The notes under the pieces were generated by a model, which saw only the letters and a list, made by a program, of their open reading frames with translations, searched no databases and had not been told where the DNA came from. A stretch of DNA of 64,000 nucleotides, from NCBI GenBank assembly GCA_002424635.1, contig DIKT01000029.1:6254-70253 (forward strand), given 5' to 3'. Shown piece after piece: positions 53,815 to 63,603 of the stretch (position 1 is the stretch's first letter; every line of letters begins with the position of its first letter). The position numbers were made by a program, and so were the translations under genes. Origin of the DNA: Desulfobulbaceae bacterium UBA5611. Lineage in GTDB: Bacteria; Desulfobacterota; Desulfobulbia; Desulfobulbales; Desulfocapsaceae.

Positions 53815-54585
53815 TCACCTCACATTCCTGTCCAGGCCGATATAGAAGACCTGCGGCTTGGTACCGTATTCGTCCTTGGTGACCGCCACTCTCTGGGTCA
53901 TAATGATCCGGGTGATGGGGTCGTTGGCATCCTTAAGATTACAAATCTCGCGGGCTCCAAAAGGGCAGGCCTGAACGCAGGCGGGCTTCAGGCCTTGGCT
54001 GATGCGGTGGTAACAGAAGTTGCATTTCTCGGCCACCTTGTGGACTGGATGGAAGAAACGTACCCCATATGGACAGGCCATAATACAGTAACCGCAGCCG
54101 ATACACCACTTACGGTCTATAAGGACCACCCCGTCTAAGGTCTGGTAGGTGGCGCCGACCGGGCAGACCTGCACACAGGGTGGGCTGTCGCATTGGTTGC
54201 ACAGTTTGGGCACGAAAAAGCTCTTGGTGACCTCAGCTGGATCGAAGGCCTCGCCTCGAATCCTGGGATCGGTAAAACCGTCCCGGGCGGCCCGGGGCGA
54301 ATCGATATGAGTCTGATCATCTTTGGTGATAATATAGCGTTCAACCCAGGTGCGAGTGACGGGGGCATCGTAAGGGGTTTCGTTTTCCAGTTTGCAGGCC
54401 TTAACGCAGAGTCCACAACCCACGCATTTTTCGGTATCCACCAGAAAGCCCCAGCGTAAGGCAGGATCTGCCAGCGCCACCTTAACTTCTGCCTGGCTCA
54501 GAAAGCGGAAGGCCGTAACTGGTAAAATGGCAGCCGCTGTGGTGGTGAGGGCCATGGCCAATAAATCCCGGCGGGAGCATCTCAT
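53815..54585 (-). CDS. Periplasmic (Tat) 4x[4Fe-4S] ferredoxin subunit (NrfC/PsrB/DsrO-like)
   Basis: SRRDLL twin-arginine signal. CVGCGLCVKAC, CNQCDSPPCVQVCP, CIGCGYCIMACP, CNFC..C..CP clusters. Confidence 0.85.
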   Translation of the reverse strand: MRCSRRDLLAMALTTTAAAILPVTAFRFLSQAEVKVALADPALRWGFLVDTEKCVGCGLCVKACKLENETPYDAPVTRTWVERYIITKDDQTHIDSPRAARDGFTDPRIRGEAFDPAEVTKSFFVPKLCNQCDSPPCVQVCPVGATYQTLDGVVLIDRKWCIGCGYCIMACPYGVRFFHPVHKVAEKCNFCYHRISQGLKPACVQACPFGAREICNLKDANDPITRIIMTQRVAVTKDEYGTKPQVFYIGLDRNVR

Positions 54586-55055
54586 TGCATGTCCTCCAGA
54601 TCAGGTTTATGAGGATTGTGGCAATCGCTGCAGGGTATTGCCGGGTTGTGGGTATCCGGGTCAATGCCCTTGATCAGAGAGCGCTGGCTGCTGGGAGTAT
54701 GCAGAGCGGCATGGCAACGTAAACAAAGGTCCCGGCTGGTATCGAGAATAAGCTTTTCCGGGGCTTCCGGGTGATCAAAGGCCGGGCCGTGACAGTTTTC
54801 GCACTGGATGGCAGCGTGTTTGGACGAGGCGTTAGCGGCTGCATTGTCAGGATGGCATTCATTGCAGAATTCCCGACCGCGGTATTTGATCGGCACAGCC
54901 TGCCAGTCGTTAATATCCCCAGCCCGGTGGTAACCATAGGTAAAATTTACCCCATGAACGCCGAAATCCTGGGGAACAAGAAAGTATCTAAGCACCAGGA
55001 AAAAAGCAATGATTACCAAGACCACATAGAGTGGTCGCCATATATGATTGTTCAT
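54582..55055 (-). CDS. Membrane-anchored tetrahaem cytochrome c
   Basis: The ATG at 55055 has a GGAAGGA RBS (TTG alternative at 55073). N-terminal TM. CNECH, CENCH, CLRCH, CSDCH. 4-nt overlap with the FeS gene. Confidence 0.8.
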   Translation of the reverse strand: MNNHIWRPLYVVLVIIAFFLVLRYFLVPQDFGVHGVNFTYGYHRAGDINDWQAVPIKYRGREFCNECHPDNAAANASSKHAAIQCENCHGPAFDHPEAPEKLILDTSRDLCLRCHAALHTPSSQRSLIKGIDPDTHNPAIPCSDCHNPHKPDLEDMQ

Positions 55056-55547
55056 AGAAGTCCTTCCTGGCAATCTGGCTCATGCGTTTAAATTATTAAC
55101 CAATAGTTATGAACTTTGTAATTTAAATAATATCACAGCGGGCTCAGAAATCATAATACGATAAACAATGATGAGATTGCTTCGGCACCTGGATCGAAAA
55201 TTGCATAAATTATGGGGCCTTTGTATGTGAAATCATAAATTTATATGACAGCAATAACATGATGACCGAGCAAGCCAATATAAATTTTTGCTGGTTGTCT
55301 CCGAATCTGGAGAGCAGAAGTAAATGGGGTGCCGGCTTTGAAATTGACAAAAATTATAGTTGTCATAACTTGCTTCTTAATTTTTCTCCCTGTATGCTAA
55401 AAATGGTATTTTCTGATGAAAAGAACTTTGGTTATGTCAAGGTGTAGAATATAAGATATTCTCATCTAAAAAAATCAGCCAGGCAAGGCTTCTGATCATC
55501 ATTAGTAAAAAAACTAACCTTCAAATTGTGTTGAAAGGCGTCTGATC

Positions 55548-57893
55548 TTGCGTAAGAAAAAAAGAATAATTCCCAAAAAGCCCCGGCGTCTCAAAAGCAG
55601 GTCACGATGGTCAACTATAGTTAAGAGTGCGATACCGGTTGTGTTGCTTGTCTTCGTTGTCTTGGGTTTGTATGTCGTGTCTCTGGACAAAATTATCCGG
55701 CAGAAATTTGATGGAAAACGCTGGGCCTTGCCCGCTCTGGTCTATGCTCGGCCCCTGGAATTATATCCGGATCTGGCTTTCACGATGGAAATGTTGACGG
55801 AGGAATTGCAGCTCGGCGGCTATCGACGGGACAAAGCGGTCAAAGATCCCGGCGGTTATGATCTTACCGGCAATGTCATGCACCTGGTGACTAGAGATTT
55901 TACTTTTCCCGACGGTCTCGAAAAATCGGTCGCAATTACAGTGGAATTTGCCGGTCCTGTAGTTAAAAAGATATCACGGACTGATACTGGTGAGGAACTG
56001 GCCCTGGCCAGGCTTGATCCGGCCCGAATCGGCAGCTTCCATCCCCTGGACAATGAAGACCGGATTGTCTACAGCCGGGAGAATATTCCTGATGTGCTGA
56101 TCAAGACCCTGCTGGCAGTAGAGGATCGACAATTTTATTCTCATATTGGAGTGGATCCCCTGGGCATCCTGCGGGCTATGATTGCCAATGTCCGGGCCGG
56201 CAAGACGGTGCAGGGCGGCAGCACTTTGACCCAGCAGCTGGTGAAGAATTTTTTTCTTAACAATGAGCGCACCCTGCATCGTAAATTCAATGAAGTTATT
56301 ATGGCCCTGCTGCTGGAGGCCCATTACAGTAAAGACGAGATTCTGACGGCCTATGTTAATGAAATCTTTCTAGGCCAAGACCGGGGGCGGGCTGTTCATG
56401 GTTTCGGTCTGGCCAGTCAGTTTTATTTCCGCCGGGAATTGAAGGATCTTTCTGCCGCCCAGATCGCCATGTTGGTGGGGATGATCAAAGGGCCATCTTA
56501 TTATGATCCGCGTCGTTATGGTGAGCGTTGCCAGCAGCGCCGGCAGGTAGTACTCGATGTCATGCAGTCCGAAAAGGTGATCACGGCTGAGACCTATGCC
56601 TTGGCTAAAGCCGCCGGATTGGATACCAATGAGGTAATACAAAGCGCCTTTAACCGTTATCCAGCCTTTCTTGATCTGGTACGGCGCCAGCTTGGGGAGG
56701 ATTATCATGAGGAAGATCTCACCTCTAATGGTCTGAAGATTTTGACCACGCTTGATCCCCAAGTCCAGATCCAGGTAGAGAGACATCTCGGGGAAACGCT
56801 GTCAGCCTTGGAAAAACGGACCGGCACCAGCGGGCTGGAAGGGGCAGTAATTATCAGCAGCCGAGAGGGTGGGGAGATCCTGGCCGTGGCTGGTGGTCGC
56901 AATGCCTTGCAGCCTGGTTTTAATCGAGCCCTTGATGCCCGGCGGCCGATTGGCTCGCTTATTAAGCCGATAGTATATTTGACGGCTCTGGCGAACGGTT
57001 ACACCCTGGCCAGTCCGGTGCAGGATGTGTCGATGACTATTAAGGCGGCCGGATCCAAAGCCTGGCAGCCGGCTAATTATGATAAAAAAGAACATGGGGT
57101 GGTGCCTTTTCATGAGGCCTTGGCCAATTCCTATAATTTGGCCACCATCAGTATCGGTATGGATATCGGGGTGGAAAAGGTGATTGCCAATGTCAAGCGG
57201 GCCGGGATAAACCAGGAATTTCAACCTTATCCTTCTTTTTTACTGGGCACGGCTGCTCTAGCGCCTCTCGAGGTGGCCCAGATGTATCAGCTCTTTGCCA
57301 CTGGTGGCTTTTATCAGCCACAGCGGGTAATAGGCAGTGTGCTGACTCTGGACAATAAAGTTGTTCAGCGCTTTGGCTTGACAGTGGAGCAGCGTTTTCC
57401 ACCAGAGGATATCTATCTGCTCAATACGGCCTTGCAGCGGGTGGTGGCCCATGGGACAGCCAGATCGCTTGTGAATTATCTTCCGCAAGCGGCCCAGGCT
57501 GCTGGTAAAACAGGGACCACAGATGAACTGCGGGATAGCTGGTTTGCCGGTTTTACCGGAGACCGGCTGGCTGTGGTCTGGATTGGCCGTGACGATAACA
57601 AACCGACCGTACTCACCGGTTCAAGCGGTGCTCTGGTAGTATGGGGAAAGATCATGCAGGCCCTTCATCCTCAGCCGCTTGAGTTGGTCGAACCGGAGGG
57701 GCTGGAGTGGGCAAGAATAGATGCTGCCAACTATGGCCGCTCCTCTGGTGCTGTTCGGGATAATGTCTTGTTGCCTTTTATGGCCGGAACGCTACCGGCC
57801 GGGGCGGAACTGACGACGTCCTCATCATCTCCTGCCGGTACTGAAGACCGGAATGGCTCCGGTATTTTCGATAAGATCCGGGGTTGGTTTTAA
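55548..57893 (+). CDS. mrcB: Penicillin-binding protein 1B (bifunctional glycosyltransferase/transpeptidase)
   Basis: N-terminal TM and a UB2H-like insert. GT51 motifs EDRQFYSHIG and RKFNE. TP motifs SLIKP, SYN, KTGTT. TTG start. Confidence 0.85.
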   Translation: MRKKKRIIPKKPRRLKSRSRWSTIVKSAIPVVLLVFVVLGLYVVSLDKIIRQKFDGKRWALPALVYARPLELYPDLAFTMEMLTEELQLGGYRRDKAVKDPGGYDLTGNVMHLVTRDFTFPDGLEKSVAITVEFAGPVVKKISRTDTGEELALARLDPARIGSFHPLDNEDRIVYSRENIPDVLIKTLLAVEDRQFYSHIGVDPLGILRAMIANVRAGKTVQGGSTLTQQLVKNFFLNNERTLHRKFNEVIMALLLEAHYSKDEILTAYVNEIFLGQDRGRAVHGFGLASQFYFRRELKDLSAAQIAMLVGMIKGPSYYDPRRYGERCQQRRQVVLDVMQSEKVITAETYALAKAAGLDTNEVIQSAFNRYPAFLDLVRRQLGEDYHEEDLTSNGLKILTTLDPQVQIQVERHLGETLSALEKRTGTSGLEGAVIISSREGGEILAVAGGRNALQPGFNRALDARRPIGSLIKPIVYLTALANGYTLASPVQDVSMTIKAAGSKAWQPANYDKKEHGVVPFHEALANSYNLATISIGMDIGVEKVIANVKRAGINQEFQPYPSFLLGTAALAPLEVAQMYQLFATGGFYQPQRVIGSVLTLDNKVVQRFGLTVEQRFPPEDIYLLNTALQRVVAHGTARSLVNYLPQAAQAAGKTGTTDELRDSWFAGFTGDRLAVVWIGRDDNKPTVLTGSSGALVVWGKIMQALHPQPLELVEPEGLEWARIDAANYGRSSGAVRDNVLLPFMAGTLPAGAELTTSSSSPAGTEDRNGSGIFDKIRGWF

Positions 57894-57941
57894 ATAATGC
57901 AGAACTGGTCAAGGAATGAAGATCCAGAAGGAAAGAGAACA

Positions 57942-58502
57942 ATGAAGCGAAGGGGATATGACCATTTATGGCAAAGGGCCGGGAGTATCGGCTTGTTCAT
58001 GATGCTTACCATAGTCCTGCATGGCTGCGCCGTAAAACATCCGGTAAGTATACCGGCCGAACCAGAACCTATTTCACGGCCGGCCCCTGTGGTTCGTCCG
58101 GAGTCGGCTCCGCTTCCTCCGCCTCCACCAGTTCCTCTTCCTGGTCAGGATGTCCGTCCCAGCCGCGATTTTGTGCCTGTGCCGGAAGAAGGGAAGGCGG
58201 CCGGGACCTTGCTGGCCAGTGCCCGGCAAAGTTTACGCTCCGGCCAATTCAATCAGGCCGAAATGATGCTGGAGCGGGCCCTTCGTGTTGAACCGCGTAA
58301 TGCCAGGCTTTGGCATGAAATGGCGCAGGTAAAATATAGCCTGCAGGATTATGATCAAGTGATCCAGTTATGTAAGAAGTCAAATAGTCTGGCTGGGAAG
58401 GATTATGGCTTGATTCAGCAGAATTGGCAGTTGATGGAAAAGGCCTATCTCGAAAAAGGACAACCGGAGCAGGCGCAACGGGCCAGAATTAAATCTGGGT
58501 GA
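57942..58502 (+). CDS. Lipoprotein with Pro-rich linker and C-terminal TPR domain (LpoP-like candidate PBP1B activator)
   Basis: Signal/lipobox ..TIVLHGCA, then PEPISRPAPVVRPESAPLPPPPPVPLP linker, then TPR-like helices. Starts 49 nt after mrcB. Confidence 0.6.
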   Translation: MKRRGYDHLWQRAGSIGLFMMLTIVLHGCAVKHPVSIPAEPEPISRPAPVVRPESAPLPPPPPVPLPGQDVRPSRDFVPVPEEGKAAGTLLASARQSLRSGQFNQAEMMLERALRVEPRNARLWHEMAQVKYSLQDYDQVIQLCKKSNSLAGKDYGLIQQNWQLMEKAYLEKGQPEQAQRARIKSG

Positions 58503-58566
58503 TGATATGAATTCAATAAATTTGTGATATAACTGGTAAGCAACTGTAAAATAACTTTTGAAAAAT

Positions 58567-60447
58567 ATGGGATATTTGGAAACACGTGATTCAGTAACAG
58601 CCCTGGTGAAGGAGCAGGCTGATATCGTTCAGATCATCGGCGAGACTGTCGAGCTGAAAAGAGCGGGGGCGCGCTTTCTGGGACGTTGTCCGTTTCATGG
58701 TGAAAAAACGCCCTCTTTTTCCGTTCATCCGGGACAGCAGTTTTATCACTGTTTTGGTTGTGGTGAGTCCGGTGATGTCTTCTCATTTATGATGAAATAT
58801 CATAACCTGGATTTTCCCACCGCTCTGCAGGAGCTGGCCCGGCGTTATAAGATCGAACTGCCGGAAAAGCATTATTCGCCGGCAGAACAGGAAAAAGAGC
58901 AGCTGCGTAAGGCCATGTTTGATATCAATGACAAGGCCGCCCGCCTGTTCAGAGAATATCTGCTGCATGCCCAGGGGGCGGCACAGGCACGCAACTATCT
59001 TGAGCGCCGTGGTATTCCACTGGCAATTCAGGAAAAGTTCCAGCTTGGATATGCTCCTTCGGTAGACAGTGCCGGCTGGAATTTCCTTGGTTCCAGTCTG
59101 CAGGGTGACCAGAGCACGACCGCCGAGGCGGTGGGCCTGCTGGTGAGAAATGACAAGGGCGGGACCTACGATCGCTTCCGGGACCGGATCCTCTTTCCTA
59201 TTTTTGATCCCAAAGGGCGGATCAGCGGTTTTGGCGGCCGTATTGTCGGTGACGGTCAACCCAAGTATATGAATTCCCCTGAGAGCCCGGTCTTTGATAA
59301 AAGCCGCAGTCTGCTTGGTCTTTTTCAACAGGCCGGCGATATTCGTTCAAGACAGCGGGTTGTGCTGGTAGAGGGCAATTTCGACATGATTTCGCTGGTG
59401 GTGCATGGTTGTCCTAATGTGGTGGCACCATTAGGCACCGCCTTGACCAGGCCGCAGTTAAAGCTGCTGCGCCATTACACGGACAACGCCATCCTTCTTT
59501 TCGATGGCGATGCAGCCGGAATCAAGGCTGCGGTTCGGGCTGTTCCTCTGTTTCTGGCCGAGCAGATGAGTGCGAAAGTGGCACTGCTGCCGTCTGGCCA
59601 TGATCCTGACACCTTTATTCGTGACAAAGGTCTGGAAGAGATGGAGCGGCTGTTGAATTCGGCGGCGCCGCTGGCCGAGTTTGCCCTGGCCAAATTAATT
59701 GAAGAACATGGCCTGACCCTGGATGGCAAAAACAGAATTGTACAAGAGCTGCGTCCCCTGGTGCAGGCGGCTGCCTCTCCCTTGCAGCGCTCGGTAGTAA
59801 TTGCCCATTTCAGTGAAAAATTAGGTCTGCCGGCCCAGCAGTTGAGTGAGCTTCTCTCTGAGCAGCATTCGCCGGACGCGGCACCGGCGCTCGCCCTGCA
59901 GGGTAGAACGATAATTGATTCCAGACCGCCATACCCCATGGCTCTGCCTACAAAAAAAGCAAGTTTTGTGGGCCGGAAAGGGCAAAATCGGATCGAGCTT
60001 AATATGGCCCAGAAGCGCCTTGTTGCCCATATGGTGCTCTATCCATCCCATTTCATGCGGCTGGAACAAGTGGGGCTGAGACAACGGCTGGCCTTTGGGG
60101 TGGGCGAGGTCTTGTTTCTTCAACTCCAGGCCCTGCATGCCAAAGGCCGGGAGTTTGAGCCGGAAGAATTGCTTGCCGCTTTGCCTGAAGGTGAGGAACG
60201 GGCCCTGGTGGCAGAAATCCTACTGGCCGCCTCCACCACTGAGGGCGGGAGTCTGCAGTGTTCCGGGACTGAAGAAGAGCTGGCTGAGTTGGTCCTGTGG
60301 CTCAAAAGGGAGGAATTGATGGAGATATCAAAATCCTTGATCTTAGAAATTGGCAGGATCCAACGGGATGAGCATGAGCTGGACACGCTTTCCCACTTGC
60401 TTCAGGAAAAACAGAAGATAGATAAAGAGCTGCGGGCCATGGAGTAG
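58567..60447 (+). CDS. dnaG: DNA primase
   Basis: Zinc ribbon CPFHGEKTPSFSV..YHCFGCGESGD, TOPRIM EGNFDMISL / LFDGDAAG. Alternative TTG start at 58558. Confidence 0.9.
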   Translation: MGYLETRDSVTALVKEQADIVQIIGETVELKRAGARFLGRCPFHGEKTPSFSVHPGQQFYHCFGCGESGDVFSFMMKYHNLDFPTALQELARRYKIELPEKHYSPAEQEKEQLRKAMFDINDKAARLFREYLLHAQGAAQARNYLERRGIPLAIQEKFQLGYAPSVDSAGWNFLGSSLQGDQSTTAEAVGLLVRNDKGGTYDRFRDRILFPIFDPKGRISGFGGRIVGDGQPKYMNSPESPVFDKSRSLLGLFQQAGDIRSRQRVVLVEGNFDMISLVVHGCPNVVAPLGTALTRPQLKLLRHYTDNAILLFDGDAAGIKAAVRAVPLFLAEQMSAKVALLPSGHDPDTFIRDKGLEEMERLLNSAAPLAEFALAKLIEEHGLTLDGKNRIVQELRPLVQAAASPLQRSVVIAHFSEKLGLPAQQLSELLSEQHSPDAAPALALQGRTIIDSRPPYPMALPTKKASFVGRKGQNRIELNMAQKRLVAHMVLYPSHFMRLEQVGLRQRLAFGVGEVLFLQLQALHAKGREFEPEELLAALPEGEERALVAEILLAASTTEGGSLQCSGTEEELAELVLWLKREELMEISKSLILEIGRIQRDEHELDTLSHLLQEKQKIDKELRAME

Positions 60448-60577
60448 ATCGATTATTTAGCAAACAGATTTAGCGACTTCTTGCTATAACTAAGATAGTG
60501 GACGCCGGTCTCTGTTCTGGCGCTAGATCTGCCAGAATGCATGCTTGGTTCTTATTTTGCCTATTTTCAAACACTTA

Positions 60578-60605
60578 TTGATTTTAAGTTTTTTGTTGAT
60601 ATAGT
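60578..60605 (+). promoter_or_regulatory. Candidate sigma70 promoter for rpoD
   Basis: TTGATT, 16 nt, TATAGT. About 80 nt upstream of the ATG at 60687. Confidence 0.45.
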
Positions 60606-60686
60606 GCGCAGTGATAAAGTAATTAACTTTGTTAAAGGTAGCCTGTCCTTTATTTTTTGAAGACGTGGTATCTTGAGGGAGGAACT

Positions 60687-62336
60687 ATGGTCGGGGATGA
60701 GAAATTTGATCAGGATGAAGCAATACCACTAAACGGTGAGAATCTGCTTGAAAATGATGTTTTTGATATTACCGAAGTTACCAGTGGCCTTACTCTTGAA
60801 GGTAATACGCTTGCCGTTGATTGGTCCGAAGATGTGGTCGACATCCCGCATGTAATGGATGAAGAAGATGATAGTGATGATCTCGCTATCGATCCGGAAG
60901 AAAACGACCTGTGTCAGGTCTCCAGAGGTGGAGGACAGAGCAGTCATGCTGTCGATCCCATGAATATCTATTTGCGGGAAATGGGCACCCTGACTCTTCT
61001 TAGCCATGAAGAGGAACTGGAGCTCTCCCGGGTGATGGAAGAAGGACTATATCGAATCCAGCGGACTGTGCTGTCATCTCCTTTAGCCATTCCGGCCCTG
61101 CAGGCGATAGTGCAGGAACTTGAATCGGGTCGGGTAAAAATCTTTCAAATCTTGAAAGGGATCCCTGATGATCAACCTGATGTCGTTGCCTGCGCCCATA
61201 ATGAATTTATCGCTCGGGTTGATCGGGCGCTAGAGCTTGATCAGAAAAGAGAAGACTTGTGGCAGCGCGTTCTGGATTGTCCTGCAGGGTCCGATGATGA
61301 AACGCAGCTATATGCACAGATCCTGGCTATATCTGCGAAGATAGCAGATATTTTTCAGGACAGACTTATCTGTTCCCGTAATATTAATGATATTGCCGCT
61401 GGCCTAAAAGAACTATCCAAAAGCAGCGCCAAGATAAGTACTCAGATAAAACAGTACTATAAACTGAATGATATTGGCCAGACTGATCAGCAGATCGATG
61501 TGCAGGAGCTGGAAAGAAGAGTCGGCCGGGAGCTGGGTGCAGGGCTGGGCTGGGGTTGTCGAATCTTGAGCGCCATGCTTCATGAACTGGAGTCAGCGCG
61601 GGATATCGTCAGACATGCCAAAGAGTCGCTGGTAAGGGCTAATTTGCGGCTGGTGGTATCAGTGGCCAAAAAATTTGCCAATCGTGGTCTGCAATTTCCT
61701 GACCTTATTCAGGAAGGCAATATCGGCTTGATGAAGGCCGTGGAGAAGTTTGATTATCATCGAGGCTATAAATTCAGCACCTATGCCACCTGGTGGATTC
61801 GCCAGTCCATTACCCGCGGGATTGCCGATCAAGGCCGGACAATCCGCCTGCCGGTGCATATGATTGAGACGATTAACCGTCTATTGCGGGTGACCAGAGA
61901 TTTTATCCGGACCGATAACCGGGAGCCAAGTCCGGAAGAGATGGCGGAGCAGCTTGGCCTCAGTGTGGCAAAAATTAAAGCGGCCTTGAAAACAGCCAAG
62001 GATGCCATCTCTCTGGATACCCCGGTGGGTAGTGATGAAGAGTCGTTTCTCTCGGATTTTATTGAAGATTGTAGCGGTATTGGACCTGATGACTCCTCCA
62101 TGGTGGACAGTTTGAAAGAATGTCTCTGCCGGGTGATGTCTTCTCTTTCTGCCCGTGAATGTAAGGTGCTGCAAATGCGCTATGGTATTGATGTCAGTTG
62201 TGATCACACCCTTGAGGAGGTCGGCAAGTGTTTTGCCGTAACCAGGGAGAGGATCCGACAGATTGAGGCCCAGGCCATACAAAAGCTGAAGCATCCGTCG
62301 CGTATTGAGGAATTACGAGTCTTTATGACAGATTGA
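60687..62336 (+). CDS. rpoD: Primary sigma factor RpoD (sigma70)
   Basis: Acidic region 1. Regions 2-4 intact ([48 protein letters not shown]). GGGAGG RBS before ATG 60687. Confidence 0.9.
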   Translation: MVGDEKFDQDEAIPLNGENLLENDVFDITEVTSGLTLEGNTLAVDWSEDVVDIPHVMDEEDDSDDLAIDPEENDLCQVSRGGGQSSHAVDPMNIYLREMGTLTLLSHEEELELSRVMEEGLYRIQRTVLSSPLAIPALQAIVQELESGRVKIFQILKGIPDDQPDVVACAHNEFIARVDRALELDQKREDLWQRVLDCPAGSDDETQLYAQILAISAKIADIFQDRLICSRNINDIAAGLKELSKSSAKISTQIKQYYKLNDIGQTDQQIDVQELERRVGRELGAGLGWGCRILSAMLHELESARDIVRHAKESLVRANLRLVVSVAKKFANRGLQFPDLIQEGNIGLMKAVEKFDYHRGYKFSTYATWWIRQSITRGIADQGRTIRLPVHMIETINRLLRVTRDFIRTDNREPSPEEMAEQLGLSVAKIKAALKTAKDAISLDTPVGSDEESFLSDFIEDCSGIGPDDSSMVDSLKECLCRVMSSLSARECKVLQMRYGIDVSCDHTLEEVGKCFAVTRERIRQIEAQAIQKLKHPSRIEELRVFMTD

Positions 62337-62432
62337 TATTTGTTGATAACGGTCGGCAGGCGTCAAGTCAGCAAATAATATTCTCCGTCTCCTCGGTAAC
62401 CGGGTTGGCAATTCACTTAACAAGGAGTGGGC

Positions 62433-63545
62433 ATGGCTGATATCCTTGATTGGGTGAGTTTGACTCTTGTGACGGGGCTGGGGCTGGCAGGCCAGAGGCG
62501 CCTTATGGAATGCTGTGGCGGTCCTGACGGCGTCTTGCGCAGTTCTGCTCAGGACAGATCAAGGGTCTCCGGTATCCGACCGGAAGCCCTGTTGGCCTTA
62601 TCGGATGTCGATGCCGTTCGGCTCCGGGGTAAAAACGAGCTGGAGCGGCTGGCTGGCTTAGGTGCCCAAGCCCTTTGTCTCGATGATCACAATTATCCTG
62701 CCCTGCTGCGTCAAATTAATGCCCCTCCACCGGTAATTTATATTCAAGGCCCAAGCGAGCTGCTGGATACTTGTTGCCTGGCGATCGTCGGCTCTCGAGC
62801 GGCTACCAGCTATGGTCACCGTATTGCTTCAACCTTGGCCCGGGATCTGGCGGCCCGAGGAGTGACCATCGTCTCGGGTCTGGCCCTGGGCATTGATGCC
62901 AGCGCCCATGCCGGAGCCTTATCCGTATCAGGAAAAACGGTGGCAGTATTGGGTTGCGGTCTTGATGTGGTCTATCCCCAGCAAAATTACAAATTGTATG
63001 AACAGATCCGGCAAAGTGGTGTTTTGGTCACGGAATATCCCCTTGGCACCCGTCCGGAAGCATTTCGTTTTCCGGCACGTAATCGGATTATTGCCGGCAT
63101 GAGTTATGGCGTTGTGGTTGTTGAGGCGGCCAGAAAGTCCGGCTCCTTGATTACGGCCGAATTTGCGCTCGAAGAAGGCCGCGATGTTTTTGCCGTACCT
63201 GGGCAGGCGGATTCGTTTAAAAGTGCCGGGGCGCACTGGCTGTTGCAGCAAGGGGCTAAACTGGTTATTACCGCCGATGATATTATTGAGGAACTCCCTT
63301 TATCCCGGAATATACAACAAGGGCCACTGGCAGCGAGCGAGTCTATCCTCCATCCTTTAATACTGGAACCGGAGATCCTGGCTCTGCTGCACACAATTGA
63401 CCCTTATTCCATGAAGCGGGATACGCTAATCGCCGGCTCAGGTTTAAGCCCGGGACGGGTTGCCGAATTCCTGCTTATTCTGGAACTGGAGGGGCTGGTG
63501 GAGATGTTGCCCGGTGATGAAGTACGCCGGCTTGACCAGAGCTGA
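62433..63545 (+). CDS. dprA: DNA-processing protein DprA (Smf)
   Basis: AIVGSRAATSYG, SGLALGIDASAHAGAL, FPARNRIIAG. AAGGAG RBS before ATG 62433. Confidence 0.85.
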   Translation: MADILDWVSLTLVTGLGLAGQRRLMECCGGPDGVLRSSAQDRSRVSGIRPEALLALSDVDAVRLRGKNELERLAGLGAQALCLDDHNYPALLRQINAPPPVIYIQGPSELLDTCCLAIVGSRAATSYGHRIASTLARDLAARGVTIVSGLALGIDASAHAGALSVSGKTVAVLGCGLDVVYPQQNYKLYEQIRQSGVLVTEYPLGTRPEAFRFPARNRIIAGMSYGVVVVEAARKSGSLITAEFALEEGRDVFAVPGQADSFKSAGAHWLLQQGAKLVITADDIIEELPLSRNIQQGPLAASESILHPLILEPEILALLHTIDPYSMKRDTLIAGSGLSPGRVAEFLLILELEGLVEMLPGDEVRRLDQS

Positions 63546-63603
63546 GGACAGGGAAAAGTAGGGACTAATTATCAAATATTTAACTAAGATAAAAGAGGAA
63601 GGA

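Noticed and set aside
55259-55447. 62-aa ORF in the AT-rich spacer upstream of mrcB.
   Set aside because: No RBS, AT-rich codon composition unlike neighbouring genes, and no family resemblance.
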